From Heteronotia binoei (lineage: Eukaryota), in NCBI RefSeq assembly GCF_032191835.1, contig NC_083224.1, forward strand, positions 22,630,001 to 22,694,000: DNA of 64,000 nt. The letters are read 5' to 3'. A program made the position numbers and the translations under genes. Positions 24,361 to 37,932 of the stretch are shown here, one piece after another; position 1 is the stretch's first letter, and each line of letters begins with the position of its first letter. The notes under the pieces are model-generated. The model was given only the letters and a program-made list of their open reading frames with translations, was not told where the DNA came from and made no database searches.

Positions 24361-25632
24361 GTAAGGGGGCCTCCTGCCCAGAGGGGATTGGGACATGTAG
24401 TGAAGTTGTTGAGCAGAAGCTTCAGGACTGGAGAAAAGGGAAATACTTCTACGTACAATGGAGTTCTGGGGAAAATGCCCTAGGATGTTGCGATGGCCAC
24501 TCCACTTTAAGGGGAAGTATACAGATTCATAGAGAGCAATTCCATTCATATTTACATCTATGGACATATGCACATCTTACCTTCCTTCTATTAGAAAGCC
24601 TCAAGGTGGCTCAGAAAAAAAAAGGCAAATCTGGGTGCAGCTATGAGCCAAGGTAGATAAAAGGAAACGCCATGTTCCGCTGACCAGCATGGCCCAGTCT
24701 ACCCAAGGTCATCAGATCTCAGAAGCTAAGAATGGTCAGCCCTGATTAGTTTTTGGATTGTGAGACCACCAAAGAAATTCAGGGTTGCCATGCAGAGGCA
24801 GGCAATGACATACCACCTCTGGATCTCTCTTGCCTTGAAGATCTGGAGTCCCCATAAGTCAGCTATGACATGATAGTCCTTTAGACACACCCACCCATCG
24901 TGTTCTGGGGCAGCAGAAAATCTCAATAAACCCATTGGCACAGGCCAGTAATTTGGGCTTTGTGACCCTGCTTTAAAGGTTTTCCCAGGGCATCTGAGGC
25001 ACCACAGCAGATAAGGGATACTGGATTAGGATGCCAGTCCATGACCTGGAGCCCATATGAGGCTTGAGGATGGACAAGGGGTAGACAAGGTGTAATTTTC
25101 ATGTATTGTTTGGTCAAATTCCTGGATGTGAAGTCAACATCAGCAGACACTCTGGAAACACATTGGCAGTTCCCCACAGTGTTAGCTGATGTGCTGAAAT
25201 CCCAAGGGTTTGGATGTGATGGCGACATGTCGTACCACATGATTTCCAGTCACCTCTTTTTCTCCTGCCATTCCAAACTCCAGGGTGGGTAATAAGGTCT
25301 AGCAGGTGGGAGAATGTCATGCCTGAGCTTTTGGTCTGATCCAGCAGGGATGCTGCAACCGTTTGAGCTCCAAGGTTCACAGGGCACATTTCAAGTCTCA
25401 CAGAAGTCTGAATTGTGTTGACAGCATTTGTAACCCCCCAAAGCTCATGCGTATCTGGTGCTTCTCTTCCACCTCTCCTGCAGTTTACTAAACGTTATTA
25501 CAAATTTCATTGGGTGTAAAGAAGACAAGGTTTCAGGCCCTGGGAATGGGGATGTGTAAGCAGGATTCAGAGAAGCAAAGAAAATAGGAATTCCAGTTTA
25601 AAATCCTTCCTTCAATTTTGTCTCCCTTGCAG

Positions 25633-25703
25633 GCAGTGAAGAGATGTTGTCGAGCTGTTTTCTTTGCAGAGAAGTGGGAATGGTTGCTCAACCTCTGGTC
25701 CAG
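25633..25703 (+). CDS. Gene 2 71-bp exon (SEEMLSSCFLCREVGMVAQPLVQ)
   Basis: CTTGCAG acceptor, CCAG|GTAGGG donor, open frame. Confidence 0.85.
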
Positions 25704-25707
25704 GTAG

Positions 25708-26052
<345 letters not shown>

Positions 26053-28043
26053 TAGGTATCAAAGGTGCGAATTGTTGCCATTGAGATGATGCATGAATCA
26101 ACAGCAGTATTTGTTTGTGAGGCCAGTGCAGCTAACTGGCCGCCACTCGGTGCATCGAGCAGTTGGGGTTGCCGTGAAAGTGATGTTCAGCATGTCCAGG
26201 TAGAGCAATACAAGCCACCCCACTGATCCAGGTTAGCTGAGGCCAGTGTTGTGGCCATCACCCAAGCCAGAGAAGTTGTCCTGAGGCCAAGGCAGGGCTG
26301 AGAGGCCCTCCGAAAGACTCTGGAAGAATCCAGATCCTAATTTCTCAGTTGTCAGCCATTACAACATCCCCTTCCCTACATGGGATTATGGCCGTCCACT
26401 CTGACTGTAATCTGGAAAGATCCATCCCCCGTAGAGTGGTTAGGATTGTGGGCTTGGATCTTAACTACGGTTCCATCCTTCCAGAACAGCTCAGCTATGT
26501 GAAGCCGTAGGCACATCAACCCTTTCCTACAGTCTTCACATGGATGCCTTCAAACATTGCTGTTAAGTGGAGATGGGTTTGAGGTCTTTCTTTGGAGCTC
26601 TTCTGCCCTGTAAGGGTGACATGCAGCAGGTAGTCCTACCAGTTTACACAGCAACCCAAGGCGAACTGGCAGGTCAAACCACACAGCATACTCTGTTGCA
26701 GTGAGGAGGATCAGTCCTCACCCCAAGAGGGTGGAATTGTGTGCCATGGAAGCCCGCTGACTGTCAGCCCAATAAATACAGAGACAAGTTCTCAGTTGAA
26801 ACGCAGTTGGTTGAGCCACAGCCAGGTGGAGAATGTACTGGAGCAGCCATCTATCTCCCCAAGAGACAAGTGACCAACTCTTTCCCAAAGGATAATCCCC
26901 TTCCACCCCCTTGAGGCAGGAAAGCATCTGCCATAGAAAAACACAGAGGGACAGAAAAGCCAGGCATTCCTGTCCACTCAGTGCTCCCTGATGCCTGGGT
27001 TTCTCGAAAGCTGCCTGGCACCATCTCCCCCATCCCCAAGAAAGAGGGTTGACAACAACGACACCCCTGTGCTGCTCTCAGCTTAGAGCCATACTAGCTT
27101 CCCCATGTTTACATGACATCACCCTGGTCATGCTGAACACGTATTCCATTTCTGCACATTCAGTGTGTGTTACCTGCATATTGCAGGATGATGGAACAGG
27201 ACAGAGTCCTTATCTGGATTTTTCTTCACTGCTGTTTCTCTGGGAAGGGCTTCCAGAAGCTCTTACTCTACTATAACGAGTGAATGACTTTGAGACCATA
27301 TAAGCCTGCCTTCTGGCCATCTCTTACTGACAATAAAATACACTCCTTTCCAGAGGGACAGGTTGGCATGATGCTTCTAGAAAAGGCAGAAATCCTTGGA
27401 GGATTCAGAAACTGCTATTCATTACAATAGACAAGCCCAGCTAAGGGGTAGAGAATGGCTCAGAAATGGCAAGGAAATACAGCTGACTTTGAGAAAGGTG
27501 GCCCTACACTGCAAAGTTGTTTTTCTCATTAGTCATTACTTGCCCTCCTAAAAAAAAGGCACCTCTTTCAAAAACATGGTTGGTCCCCTCTGAACTGTGG
27601 GATTCACTTGTTTAGATCCTGGTTTGATCCCCAGGAAATAAGTATTTGGATGAGGCTAAAAACCAGCTCCTCCTGGCTCCTCATAACTAGCAGGAAACGC
27701 TCAGTGCAATTTGATGACCGCATATTGTGATAACTTTTTCTATTTAATTGTCAAGAGCAGAGAGTCAAAAGAGCTGCACAGCAAGTCAAATGGGAGCAGC
27801 AGGGGAATCATTCTTTGCCACCTTCCCCCTTAAAATACATACGAGGAGTTTTGGGAGAGGAAGCACAGGCAGAATATAAAAACATCTCTGCAGGAGCACC
27901 TGGTAGGGATAAGTGTGACCAGCGGTTCAGTTTGAAAGGAAAGAAGATCTTTTTTAAAAAATGCAGTCTCAAGAGAAAGGAGTGCCTGACAGGTGGCTTG
28001 GCTTCTTGCATGGGTGCTGATCAAATCTCTTTCCTTATTCCAG

Positions 28044-28163
28044 CAGCAAATATAGAGGAGACAGCTGGGGAATTCCAAGGGTTCTCTTTGGAGAAAGTCA
28101 AGAATGAAGATGCTGAAGAAAACTTTGGAAATGGACCACAGAGGCAGGAGGAAAGCCATGCAG
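28044..28163 (+). CDS. Gene 2 120-bp linker exon
   Basis: ATTCCAG|CAGCAA acceptor, GCAG|GTAAGA donor. ANIEETAGEFQGFSLEKVKNEDAEENFGNGPQRQEESHA. Confidence 0.85.
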
Positions 28164-28370
28164 GTAAGAGGAGGGATAAGCTCATTCCTTGCCAAGCGGG
28201 GTCCTCCCTGAAACCCCAGTCCATGAAGAAAAGTCAGTCAGCAAAAGAAGGAACAAAGCCCTCGGTGTGAACCAGAGAATCCACTGCAGGGAAAAGGGAA
28301 ATTAAAGTGTAGCATTTGCAAAGACCTTCAGTCAGGGCTTTTTTTGTAGCTGAAACTCCTTTGCATATTA

Positions 28371-29200
28371 GTTCAAGTTCAAGTTTATTTATATCCCGCC
28401 CTTCCCACCAAAGTGGCTCAGGGCGGCTCACAACACATAAAAATCTAACATAATTTGAATTTAAAACATCTTACACAGTTAAAATAGTAGAATAATAAAA
28501 CATATAACGGCGGTCTATCAGAACTACACTCAGCTTCCAATGCCAGTTAATTATAAGTCAGCCGGAAGAGGGCTGTCTTACAGGCCCTGCGGAACTGACC
28601 AAGGTCCTGCAGGGCCCTCACCTCTTCCGGCAGTTGGTTCCACCAGAAAGGAGCCGTTATGGAGAAGGCCCTGTCCCTGGTGGATTGCAAGCAGGCCTCC
28701 TTTGGCCCAGGGATAACAAGCAGATTTTGAGATCCCAATCTCAGTACTCTCTGGGGAACATGTGGGGAGAGACGGTCCCTAAGGTAGGCAGGTCCTAGGC
28801 CATATAGGGCTTTAAAGGTAATAACCAGCACCTTGTACCGAACTCGGTATATTATTGGCAGCCAGTGCAGAGTCCGGAGCCCTGGCTGAATGTGCTCCCA
28901 TCTTGGGAGCCCCAATAACAACCGGGCCGCAGCATTCTGCACTAACTGCAACTTCTGGGTTCGGCACAAGGGCAGCCCCATGTAGAGGGCATTACAGTAG
29001 TCCAGCCTCGAGGTGACCGTTGCATGGATCACCATTGCTAGTTCGTCGCGCTCCAGGAAAGGAGCCAGCTGCCTCGCCCGCCTAAGATGAAAAAATGCGG
29101 ATTTAGCAGTGGCTGCTATCTGAGCCTCCATCGTTAAGGAAGGCTCCAATAGTACCCCCTCACACCCCTGATGTAGCCCATCCTCCTGGAGCATACAGTC
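28371..29200 (-). mobile_element. L2 LINE 3' portion
   Basis: ORF 28547..29206: AFFHLRRARQLAPFL...IHATVTSRLDYCNALYMGLP...LQLVQNAAARLL...LHWLP is the L2 ORF2 C-terminus. Tail at ~28371-28400. Confidence 0.95.
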
Positions 29201-29918
29201 GTCCATTGTACGCAGCCAGCTGCCCTTGTGGTTTACTATATTTTGAGTGCTCAGTTAGACCAATTAAGGTGCGGATCCTTGAATTAGACACCAAAATGTT
29301 TCTGCTCCACTCATTCAGTATTTTATTAATTTTTCACACATGGAGGAGGATTTGAGGTTTAGTGTGGTATACAAACATTGATCTCGCAGATATGAAAAGG
29401 CAGACATACAAAAGAGCCTACTCCAACAGGAGGCTAAATTCAGATATAACACCATGGAACCCTATGGACTCAACCAAGAATTAGACTTGTCATGTTTTTA
29501 ATAACATCTTAAGTGATATGATTGATTTTTAAATTTTGGTCTCTTTAAGAGAATGGCTGGAATGTAATAGCCATCCCATGGCCATAAGAATGTACTGCAT
29601 TTAAGGGGGGTTTATTCACTTAGTGAACAGGACACCATTGAGCAAAAGCAGCAGACTGCAGTAATCAAATTTTGGAGACTCAGTACAATGGATTAATATT
29701 GGGTGAGAAATGGAAACTATAAAAATTTGAAAAAATAAGAGTACTTGGTTGGGATATAGGATTTAGTAGTTGCATATTTATATTTGTAGAGCATGACGTA
29801 ATTGTACCAGATAGTACAGTGAGAATGTGGTGAGGCTAATCAAGAATTGCCATTAAAAGACATTGAATTCTCAGAGAAATAAAACTGATTTCCCTGTGAA
29901 GAAGGAATGAAATGGACT

Positions 29919-30471
29919 TGTCATGATCCTGGGCCTAGTGAGGCCTGCAAGCCCCAGGGAAGCCTGCTTGGGAGCTATACTGAAAAGCCAACATTTCCCA
30001 GGATCCCTTCTGTCCCTCTGATTGGGTGGCCAGAGTTTGAAGGGAAACTGACTCAGAGAGTGGTGGGGCCTGGGAGGAGGAGATAAAAGGACCAAGCCCA
30101 GGAAGTGGGTGTTCTTTTCCTAGGAGGCAGAGCTGAGGAAGAGCTGCTGCCAGGAAGAGACCCTTGCCCTGTGAGGAAGGGTGAGTAGGCCCAGGTCTGA
30201 TTGAGACAGTTAGGGACAGTAAGTTCAGATGCATTAGGGCATCTGGTTATTTTTCCCTTCACCCTTTTACTGTTTTATTCACCTTGTTTGTTATATTTCA
30301 CTGACTTTAAAATAGATCTTTTTGTTGTTGTTCACTCTGCCTGGTCGTCACGCCTATTATTTGGCCTACAAGAGGCCTGAAGGGCTTGGGAGGGAACACT
30401 GGGCCTTCTCAAGGGAGACCCTTAACCCAGAGTGGTGGCAGCAATTGCTAATACCCACCTGAGTCATGACA
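29919..30471 (+). mobile_element. Candidate solo LTR (TGTCATGA...TCATGACA), sense to gene 2
   Basis: TG...CA ends with 8-bp terminal inverted repeat, TATA-like GATAAAA at 30082. Flanks GGACT/GGGCC match only 3 of 5. Perfect donor AGG|GTGAGT at 30181. Confidence 0.6.
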
Positions 30472-31009
30472 GGGCCATATAGATATTAATACCATCAGAC
30501 ACTGTTCTGCGAATATATTGGACTTTGGCTGTCACAGCTCTCATAGTTGTATAACTACTGTCAGACAGTATTGGATTGTATCACTGGTGATGAAGTAAAA
30601 TTATAAAATTGTCAATAATTTATTTATTAGTAAAAAGATTGTGGAAACAAAATAATTGAAATACATTATATGTTTTGTAACATGGAGAGTTTATTTATTT
30701 GTAAACAAATAAAGCCCTGCCTACAGTCAGGGAATAAATCCAGATGCTAATTCACTCAGGAGAGAAATTGCATACTTGCCTGGTGTACAAAAAGAGCTTC
30801 AGTCATAAAGCAGCCCTCAAAGAAGATTCAGAGGTGATCAGGGGTCTCTGATGCAGGAGGCTTAATATACTTTCAAAGTGTATCTTATTTTACAATTCAG
30901 TACACACTAGAAAGAAGGCATTGAACTATTTGAAGCATGGGTGGAAGTTAAGGAGTCAGCCGGACATCCTTGTGTGGATGCTAACAAGATCTCTCTCTCT
31001 TTATTCCAG

Positions 31010-33393
31010 CAGGAGATGATCAGAGGAATGAGGAGAATGACAAACCCTATCATCTATTGCCTGAGGAAGTCAAGAAGGAAGATGTGAGAAGAAATGTCAG
31101 GATTCAAGGCAGACTGAAGAGTCACAAAGTCAGTCGCGAGGGGATGAAGAGGGATGAATCCATTCCTTGCCGAAAAGGGGATTTCCAAGAAGTAATTCAC
31201 ATGTTGGAGGAAACATTCAGATGTTTGGAATGCGGAATGAACTTCTCAGATCAAATGCAATATAATGTCCATTTCAGAATGCACAGTGGAAAAAAGATCC
31301 ATCAATGTCTGGAGTGTGGAAAGGCCATGATTTGCAGAGCAGAGTTCCTTAGACATCAAAGAACACACAGAGGAGAGAAACCTTCTAGCTGCTCAGACTA
31401 TGGTAAGAACTTCTCAGAGAAATCAGACCTTGTTCAACACCAAAGAATTCCTACAAGACGGAAGCCTTTCATCTGTTCAGAGAGTGAAAAGATGTTCTTG
31501 CATGGAAAAAGTAATACGCCTTTTCCAAAGCACAGTATAATGAATGCATGCCAGTGCTTTCAGTGTGAAAAGTACTTCAGATACAAATCACAATTCCTTG
31601 TACACCAAAGGATCCACAGACTGGGGAAACCTTTTGAATGTTCAGAGTGTGGAAAGAAATTCAATCAGAATTTTCTTCTTATACAACATCAAAAAACCCA
31701 CACAGGGGAGAAGCCTTTTGAATGCTCAGAGTGTGGGAAGAGATTCAGGGACAGTAGCAGTCTTCAAAAACATATAAGAATCCATACAGGGGAGAAGCCT
31801 TTTGAATGCATAGAGTGTGGGAAGAGATTCAGTCACAGTAGCAATCTTCAAAAACATCTAAGAATCCATACAGGGGAGAAGCCTTTTGAATGCTCAGAGT
31901 GTGGAAAGAGATTCAGTCAGAGTGGCCATCTTCAACAGCATCAAAGAACCCACACAGGGGAGAAGCCTTTTGAATGCTCAGAATGTGGGAAGAGATTCAG
32001 TCGGAGTGGCCATCTTCAACAGCATCAAAGAACCCAGACAGAGGAGAAGACTTTTGAATGCTCAGAGTGTGGGAAGGGATTCAGGGACAGTAGCAGTCTT
32101 CAAAAACATCTAAGAATCCATACAGGAGAGAAGCCTTTTGAATGCTCAGAGTGTGGGAAGAGATTCAGCAACAGTAGCAATCTTCAAAAACATCTAAGAA
32201 TCCATACAGGGGAGAAGCCTTTTCAATGCTCAGAGTGTGGGAAGAGATTCAGTCAAAGTGGAAATCTTCAACAGCATCAGAGAACCCACACAGGGGAGAA
32301 GCCTTTTGAATGCTTAAAGTGTGGGAAAAGATTCAGTCGAAGTGGCCATCTTCAACAGCATCAAAGAACCCAGACAGGGGAGAAGACTTTTGAATGCTCA
32401 GAGTGTGGGAAGAGATTCAGTCGGAGTGACCATCTTCAACAGCATCAAAGAACCCACACAGGGGAGAAGACTTTTGAATGCTCACAGTGTGGAAAGACTT
32501 TCAGTCGGAGTGACCATCTTCAACAGCATCTAAGAACCCACACAGGGGAGAAGACTTTTGAATGCTCACAGTGTGGAAAGAGATTCAGTCGGAGTGACCA
32601 TCTTCAACAGCATCAAAGAACCCACACAGGGGAGAAGCCTTTTGAATGCTCAGAGTGTGGGAAAGGATTCAGTCGGACTGACCATCTTCAACAGCATCAA
32701 AAAACCCACACAGGGGAGAAGAAATTTGAATGCTCAGAGTGTGGGAAGGGATTCAGTCACAGTCAGCATCTTCAAAGTCATCTCAAAACCCATAGAGTGG
32801 GGAAGCCTTTTGATTGCTCAGAGTGTGGGAAGAGATTCAGTCGGAGTGACCATCTTCAAAGTCATCAAAGAACCCACACAGGGGAGAAGCCTTTTGAATG
32901 CTCAGAATGTGGGAAGAGATTCAGTCACAGTAGCAGTCTTCAAAAACATATAACAATCCATACAGGGGAGAAGCCTTTTGAATGCTCAGACTGTGGGAAG
33001 AGATTTAGTCGGAGTGGCTATCTTCATCAGCATCAAAGAACCCACACAGGGGAGAAGCCTTTTGAATGTTCAGAATGTGGGAAGAGATTCAGTCACAGTG
33101 GCCATCTGCAAAGTCATCTCAAAACCCACACAGGGGAGAAGCCCTTTGAATGCTCAAAATGTGGGAAAAATTTCAGTGACAGAAGCACCCTTCACCAGCA
33201 TCAGAGAATCCATACAGGGGAGAAGTCTTTTGAATGCTCAGAGTGTGGGAAGAAATTCAGTCGGAGTAGCCATCTTCAAAAGCATCAAGGAATCCACAGT
33301 GGGCAAAAATCTTTTGAACAGAAATTCAGTCAGCATTGTTATGTTCAACAACATCTAAGAACACACACAGAGATAAACCATGTAACTTCTTAG
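31010..33393 (+). CDS. Gene 2 terminal exon: C2H2 array (~21 intact fingers, 2 with His-to-Gln, 3 degenerate)
   Basis: ATTCCAG|CAGGAG acceptor in frame with ORF 31057..33393. Manual finger count. Confidence 0.95.
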
Positions 33394-33699
33394 TCTAGGA
33401 AGGCACATTGAACTCAATTGTTACTCGGATATGACATGAATTTTATAGACATTTCTTCCAGAATAGATTTGTTCACAGATGTATGTTGTTCCAAAACTAG
33501 ACAGACTTTTAGAAGCTAAAGTTTGGTTGTAATTTGAATCCAAAACCTGGTAAGATTTGCTCAGTCTGAAAGCTGATTCTTCCATACAGTATCACACTTT
33601 TCTGTGGTTCGATCATGGGAACGATTAGCTGGGAGTCCCAAAGGAGTCGCTGGGTGACTTTGGGCCTGTGTCTCTCTCAACCTGATGTACTCAGTGTAG

Positions 33700-35100
33700 T
33701 TGCTGTGAGGACAAATCCACAGATGAGGAAAATGATGTTTTTTCCAGAGTTTTGCATTGAATGTCACATATATGACTATCTGCCCACTGTACAGAAGTCT
33801 TGGGTGTGTGCTTGGTTCAAGGAGCTCCTGGTCCTCAGGGAACAAGTTTGCACTCTTGAGGCCGAGGTGGCTTACCTGGAGAAGCAGAGACAGTCAGTTA
33901 GGCACTTGGATAAGACTCATGGGGACTTGTTAGATGTGTTCCACTCCAAACATGGCAGCCTCGCTGCTGCCAGGGAGCATGAGGGTTGTGAGGGAACAGG
34001 GCACCATGCTGAGGATAAGGGGAATGTGCCCTCAGAAGGGACCTCTTCATCAGTTGGTGAGCAGGTATTGTTTCACACCAAGGAACCATCTCTGGGTAGG
34101 GAGGAGGGAGGTCTTGGTAGTTGGTGATTTGATCCTTAGAGAAGTAGACAGCTGGGTGGCAAAACCGCATGCTGACTGTATGATGACTTGCCTGCCTGGT
34201 GCGAAGATAGCGGACATTATGCATGTTGTCGATAGGCTGATAGACAGTGTTGGGGAGGAGCCAGTGGTCCCAAAAGACCAACACAACCACTTTTAACTTT
34301 AAAAGGGGTAGATTCTCTGAGATGAGGAGGCATGTGAAGAGGAAACTAAAAGGAAAGGTAAATAGGGTCAAAATCCTTGGGAAAGCTTGGAGGCTATTTA
34401 AAACTACAATCCTAGAAGCGCAGATAAAATATATACAAGTCAAGAAAGGCACAAATATGTATAAAAAAAGGCCAACGCTATGCTGGGAATTATTAGGAAG
34501 GGAACTGAAAACAAATCAGACAGTATCATAATGCCCCTGTATAAATTGATGATGCAGCCTCATTTTGAATACAGTGTACAATTCTGGCCAAAGCACCTCA
34601 AAAAAGATACTATAGCACTGGAAAAAGTGCAGAAAAGGGCAACTAGAATGATTAAAAGGTTAAAACGCTTGGGGCTCTTTAGCTTGGAAAAGCGTTGACT
34701 GAGGGGTGACAAGATCAAGGCTTACAAAATTATGCATGGGATAGAGAAGGTAGAGAAGTACTTTTCTCCGTTTCTCACAATCTGAGAACTCATGGGCATT
34801 CAATGAAATTGCTTAGCAGTCGGGTTAGAACGTATAAAAGGAAGTACTTCTTCAACCAAAGGGTGATTAACACATGGAATTCACTGCCACAGGAGCTGGT
34901 GGCGGCAGCAAGCATAGATAGCTTCAAGAGGGGATTGGATAAACATGGAGCAGAGGTCCATCAATGGCTATTAGCCACTGCATACTGTTGGAGCTCTCTG
35001 TCTGGGGCAGTAATGCTCTGTATTCTTGGTGCTTGAGGGGGGGGCACAGTGGGAGAGCTTCTGGTGTCCCGGCCCCACTGATGGACCTCCTGATGGCACC
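33700..35100 (+). mobile_element. Internally deleted CR1 LINE (ORF1 with SGNH-esterase remnant joined to ORF2 C-terminus and 3' UTR)
   Basis: CIECHIYDYLP..QKSWVC..FKELLVLREQV..LEAEV (ORF1 N-terminus). VLVVGDLILREVD...CLPGAKIAD (esterase). MLGIIRKG...LEKVQKRATRMI...WNSLPQELVAAASIDSFKRGLDK (ORF2 end). Confidence 0.85.
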
Positions 35101-35181
35101 TGGTGTGGTTTTTTTTAAAATGTCTTTTTTTTAAATTCACAAAATAGTCTATTAAGAAAAGTCATAAGAATACAGAGACAT

Positions 35182-35475
35182 GTATGAGTCATCAAGCAAA
35201 GTAATTTCACAATTGTAGAAAAAAATAAAGTACAGTTGATTCAGGTTATAAACTTAGCACAACATAAAAGGCTAAGAGCAACAGTTCTTAACTGCTTCAA
35301 GTATAATAATGCTTAAGTAAAGTTTTAAGAATAAAGAAACAAGTATGAGTCATCAAGCAAGACAATTCCCCAGTGTGAAAATCAAAATAAAGTTGATACT
35401 GGTTATACACTTAACTCATTGTAAAAGGCTAAGAGCAACAAATTGTAACTGCATCAGGTATAATAATGCTTAAAG
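35182..35475. repeat. Two ~160-bp direct repeats (probable L1 3' UTR region)
   Basis: GTATGAGTCATCAAGCAA...AAAAGGCTAAGAGCAACA...GTATAATAATGCTTAA occurs twice. Confidence 0.6.
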
Positions 35476-35559
35476 AGATGAGGCAGAATCAAAGAAATCC
35501 TAAGTAAACTGAGGAAACCCAAGAAGAACTAGAAATAGAAAGAAAATTACAATATAAAT

Positions 35560-36990
35560 AAAAAGGTGAATACTAATATATGGGGAGGCTAAACAAATTA
35601 GCAGGCAAACAGAGCTAAGATAAAAGCAACAAAAGTAAGCAGACAGACAACCACTCCTGTGCCTCAAAGAAGAGAAGGAAAGTTGGAGACATAAGGGAAT
35701 TAGAAATAAAGTAGGGACAGTTGTGAGAAGTTGTAAGGAGAAATTTCTTGGGAGGTGACATAGCTAACAAAATGAAACCACTTAGCATAGAAATTAGAGG
35801 AGTTGAATTGTTGAAGATTGGAGTTGATTTTGTCCATCATAAAGTATTCCCATACTTTGGAAAGTCAGTTGATGATATTTGGAGCAGCAGAAGCTTCCCA
35901 GAATTTGGCAGCAACTAACAGGCTGATAATCAGATCTTGACAAATAATTGGAACATCAATGGAGACCAAAAGTTCAGGAAAATCAGTGCAGGATTGAGAG
36001 GTATGCGATATGACGTAATAAGCTATATCAGTTGAAGAACCTCAGACCAAAATTTTGAAACAGCTGGACATTCCCACCAACAGTAAGCAAAAGTACCCGG
36101 TTGGCCACACTTTTTCCAACAGAAGGGAGATGTGGATTTGGAGAAGGATCCCAGTCAAATAGTTGTGAGATACCAACAATTTACGATTATAAAATCTGGT
36201 GTTGATCACTGGTGATGCATACAGAGAGGAATATAAATCGTTCTATTCTGGAGACAACTGCACTCTTGGTTCCAAACTAACTGGTGCCCTAATGGTTTAA
36301 GGCTTTCAATATGAAGTAGTATTCCATAGATTTTGGATATGAGGCCTTTATTATTGGAAGGTGACAAATGAAGCAATTGTTCAAAGTCAGTAGGAGGGGA
36401 ACTAAAAATTTTGCGTAAGTCCAATTTAGCAAGAGCTTGATTCAGTCACATAGAAAAGAGCCAGGGAATGGTATAGCCAGCTTTTTGCTCCACTATGTTC
36501 TTCAGAAGGAGCACCTTTGCAGAAGAGAGGTCCTTAATATGACACACCGTAGGGAAATGCCATGGTTGGAGGATTGAGGGAGATTGTCCCAGAGGAAACC
36601 ATGATTGGTTAGAGATTGAGGAATAACAAGAGACAACTGGCACCAGTTTTTATGGAGAGAGACCCAAGTTCTAAAAATGCAGTAAGCATAGGATTCTGGC
36701 TGATCCTGGAAGGACACATACTAGGGGCTGCCCATACAGCATCTTGAAGGGAGAGTGGAGAAAACAGTGAGCTAAAAGACTTAGACCATTCTGCAGAGTC
36801 ATCCAATCTGATTATCTTGACCACAGAAGCCAACAGAGCAGCCTTGTAGCAGAGCGTTAGATCCAGGAAGTTCACTCCTCCTGCCTGACACCGACGGTGG
36901 ATGATATGAAAACCAACCCTTGGTTTTTTTGTGATGCCACAGGAAGGAATTAAAAGGAACACAAACACAACACATTGTATTCATTATTCT
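35560..36990 (-). mobile_element. L1-type LINE ORF2 C-terminal fragment (degraded)
   Basis: Minus ORF 36609..36968 (KKPRV...QAGGVNFLDLTLCYKAA) resembles the KKPRI..GGL.LP..YY.A motif of L1 ORF2. Fragmented frames. Confidence 0.6.
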
Positions 36991-37271
36991 ATAGTATATT
37001 CATGTTTCCTTATTGCACACTATTTGTTCAAGCAAGAGAGAGAGTCTTAGGTCACTAATGGCATGAACTCAATCCACCTTTTCTAGTAAGTGTGGTCATG
37101 ATAGATAAATGGAAAAAGGGGGGGGTTGGACTTAGGACGAGTCTAAGATGGTCATATTCAAAATGGATTCTTCAATGTAAAAATGAAGTCCTCTGACAAT
37201 CTGAAGAGATGCCAAAAGAGTGGAGAAATAAATTTGGAAATAAAAAAGGGTTAGGATACATTTGGCAGAAA

Positions 37272-37932
37272 CAGCGCTGGCCCAATGGCGCATGGCACCC
37301 AGGCAGGCACCCCCCTGCCACCACCACCCTGACGCTGCCCCGCTGCACCCCCCCAGGGTGCCACACCAAGGCACTTGCCTGCGTACCCTCCTTCCCTTCC
37401 TGTCCTGTTGCTTCCTCCCCCCTCGAGCGATTACAGCACGCCGCAGTCAGCAGAGCCTAGGCGTAGTGGGGTGTGATTGCGCCGGGCCGGGGGAAGGGAG
37501 AGGACTTGGGAGGTGAAGGGAAAGAGGGGCCAGGTGGTGGCAGTGGCAGCAGCAGGCAGACTGCGGTGGGAGGTGTGCGGGTGGAGGAAGAGGCAGTCGC
37601 TCTGTGGACGGCAGGGCCAGGCACAGGAGGGGGGAGGTGAGGGGCGGGTGGTGGTGGTGGGTGCACAGGTGGAGGAAGAGGCAGGAACTTCATGCCGGGC
37701 CCGAAAGGCCCAGGTGGCATGCTGTGACCGTGCAGGGGTTAAGACAATGGAAAGGGAAGGAGGGGGCAGGCCGTGGCAGTGGCAGGCTGTGGCATGGGGG
37801 CGCGCAGGCGGTGGAGGCAGGCAAACTAGGCATTTGCCTGAGGCACTGGGAGAGGGGGAGTCCAATTTGGTGCTGCACCTTCACGGTGCACTAGGTAATG
37901 ACCTAATTTGCCTAGTGGGCGAGCTGGCCCTG
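37272..37932. mobile_element. Non-autonomous hAT element (GC-rich interior)
   Basis: CAGCGCTGGCCC...GAGCTGGCCCTG ends with exact 8-bp TSD GGCAGAAA (37264-71, 37933-40). Inserted in an L1-like fragment. Confidence 0.8.
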
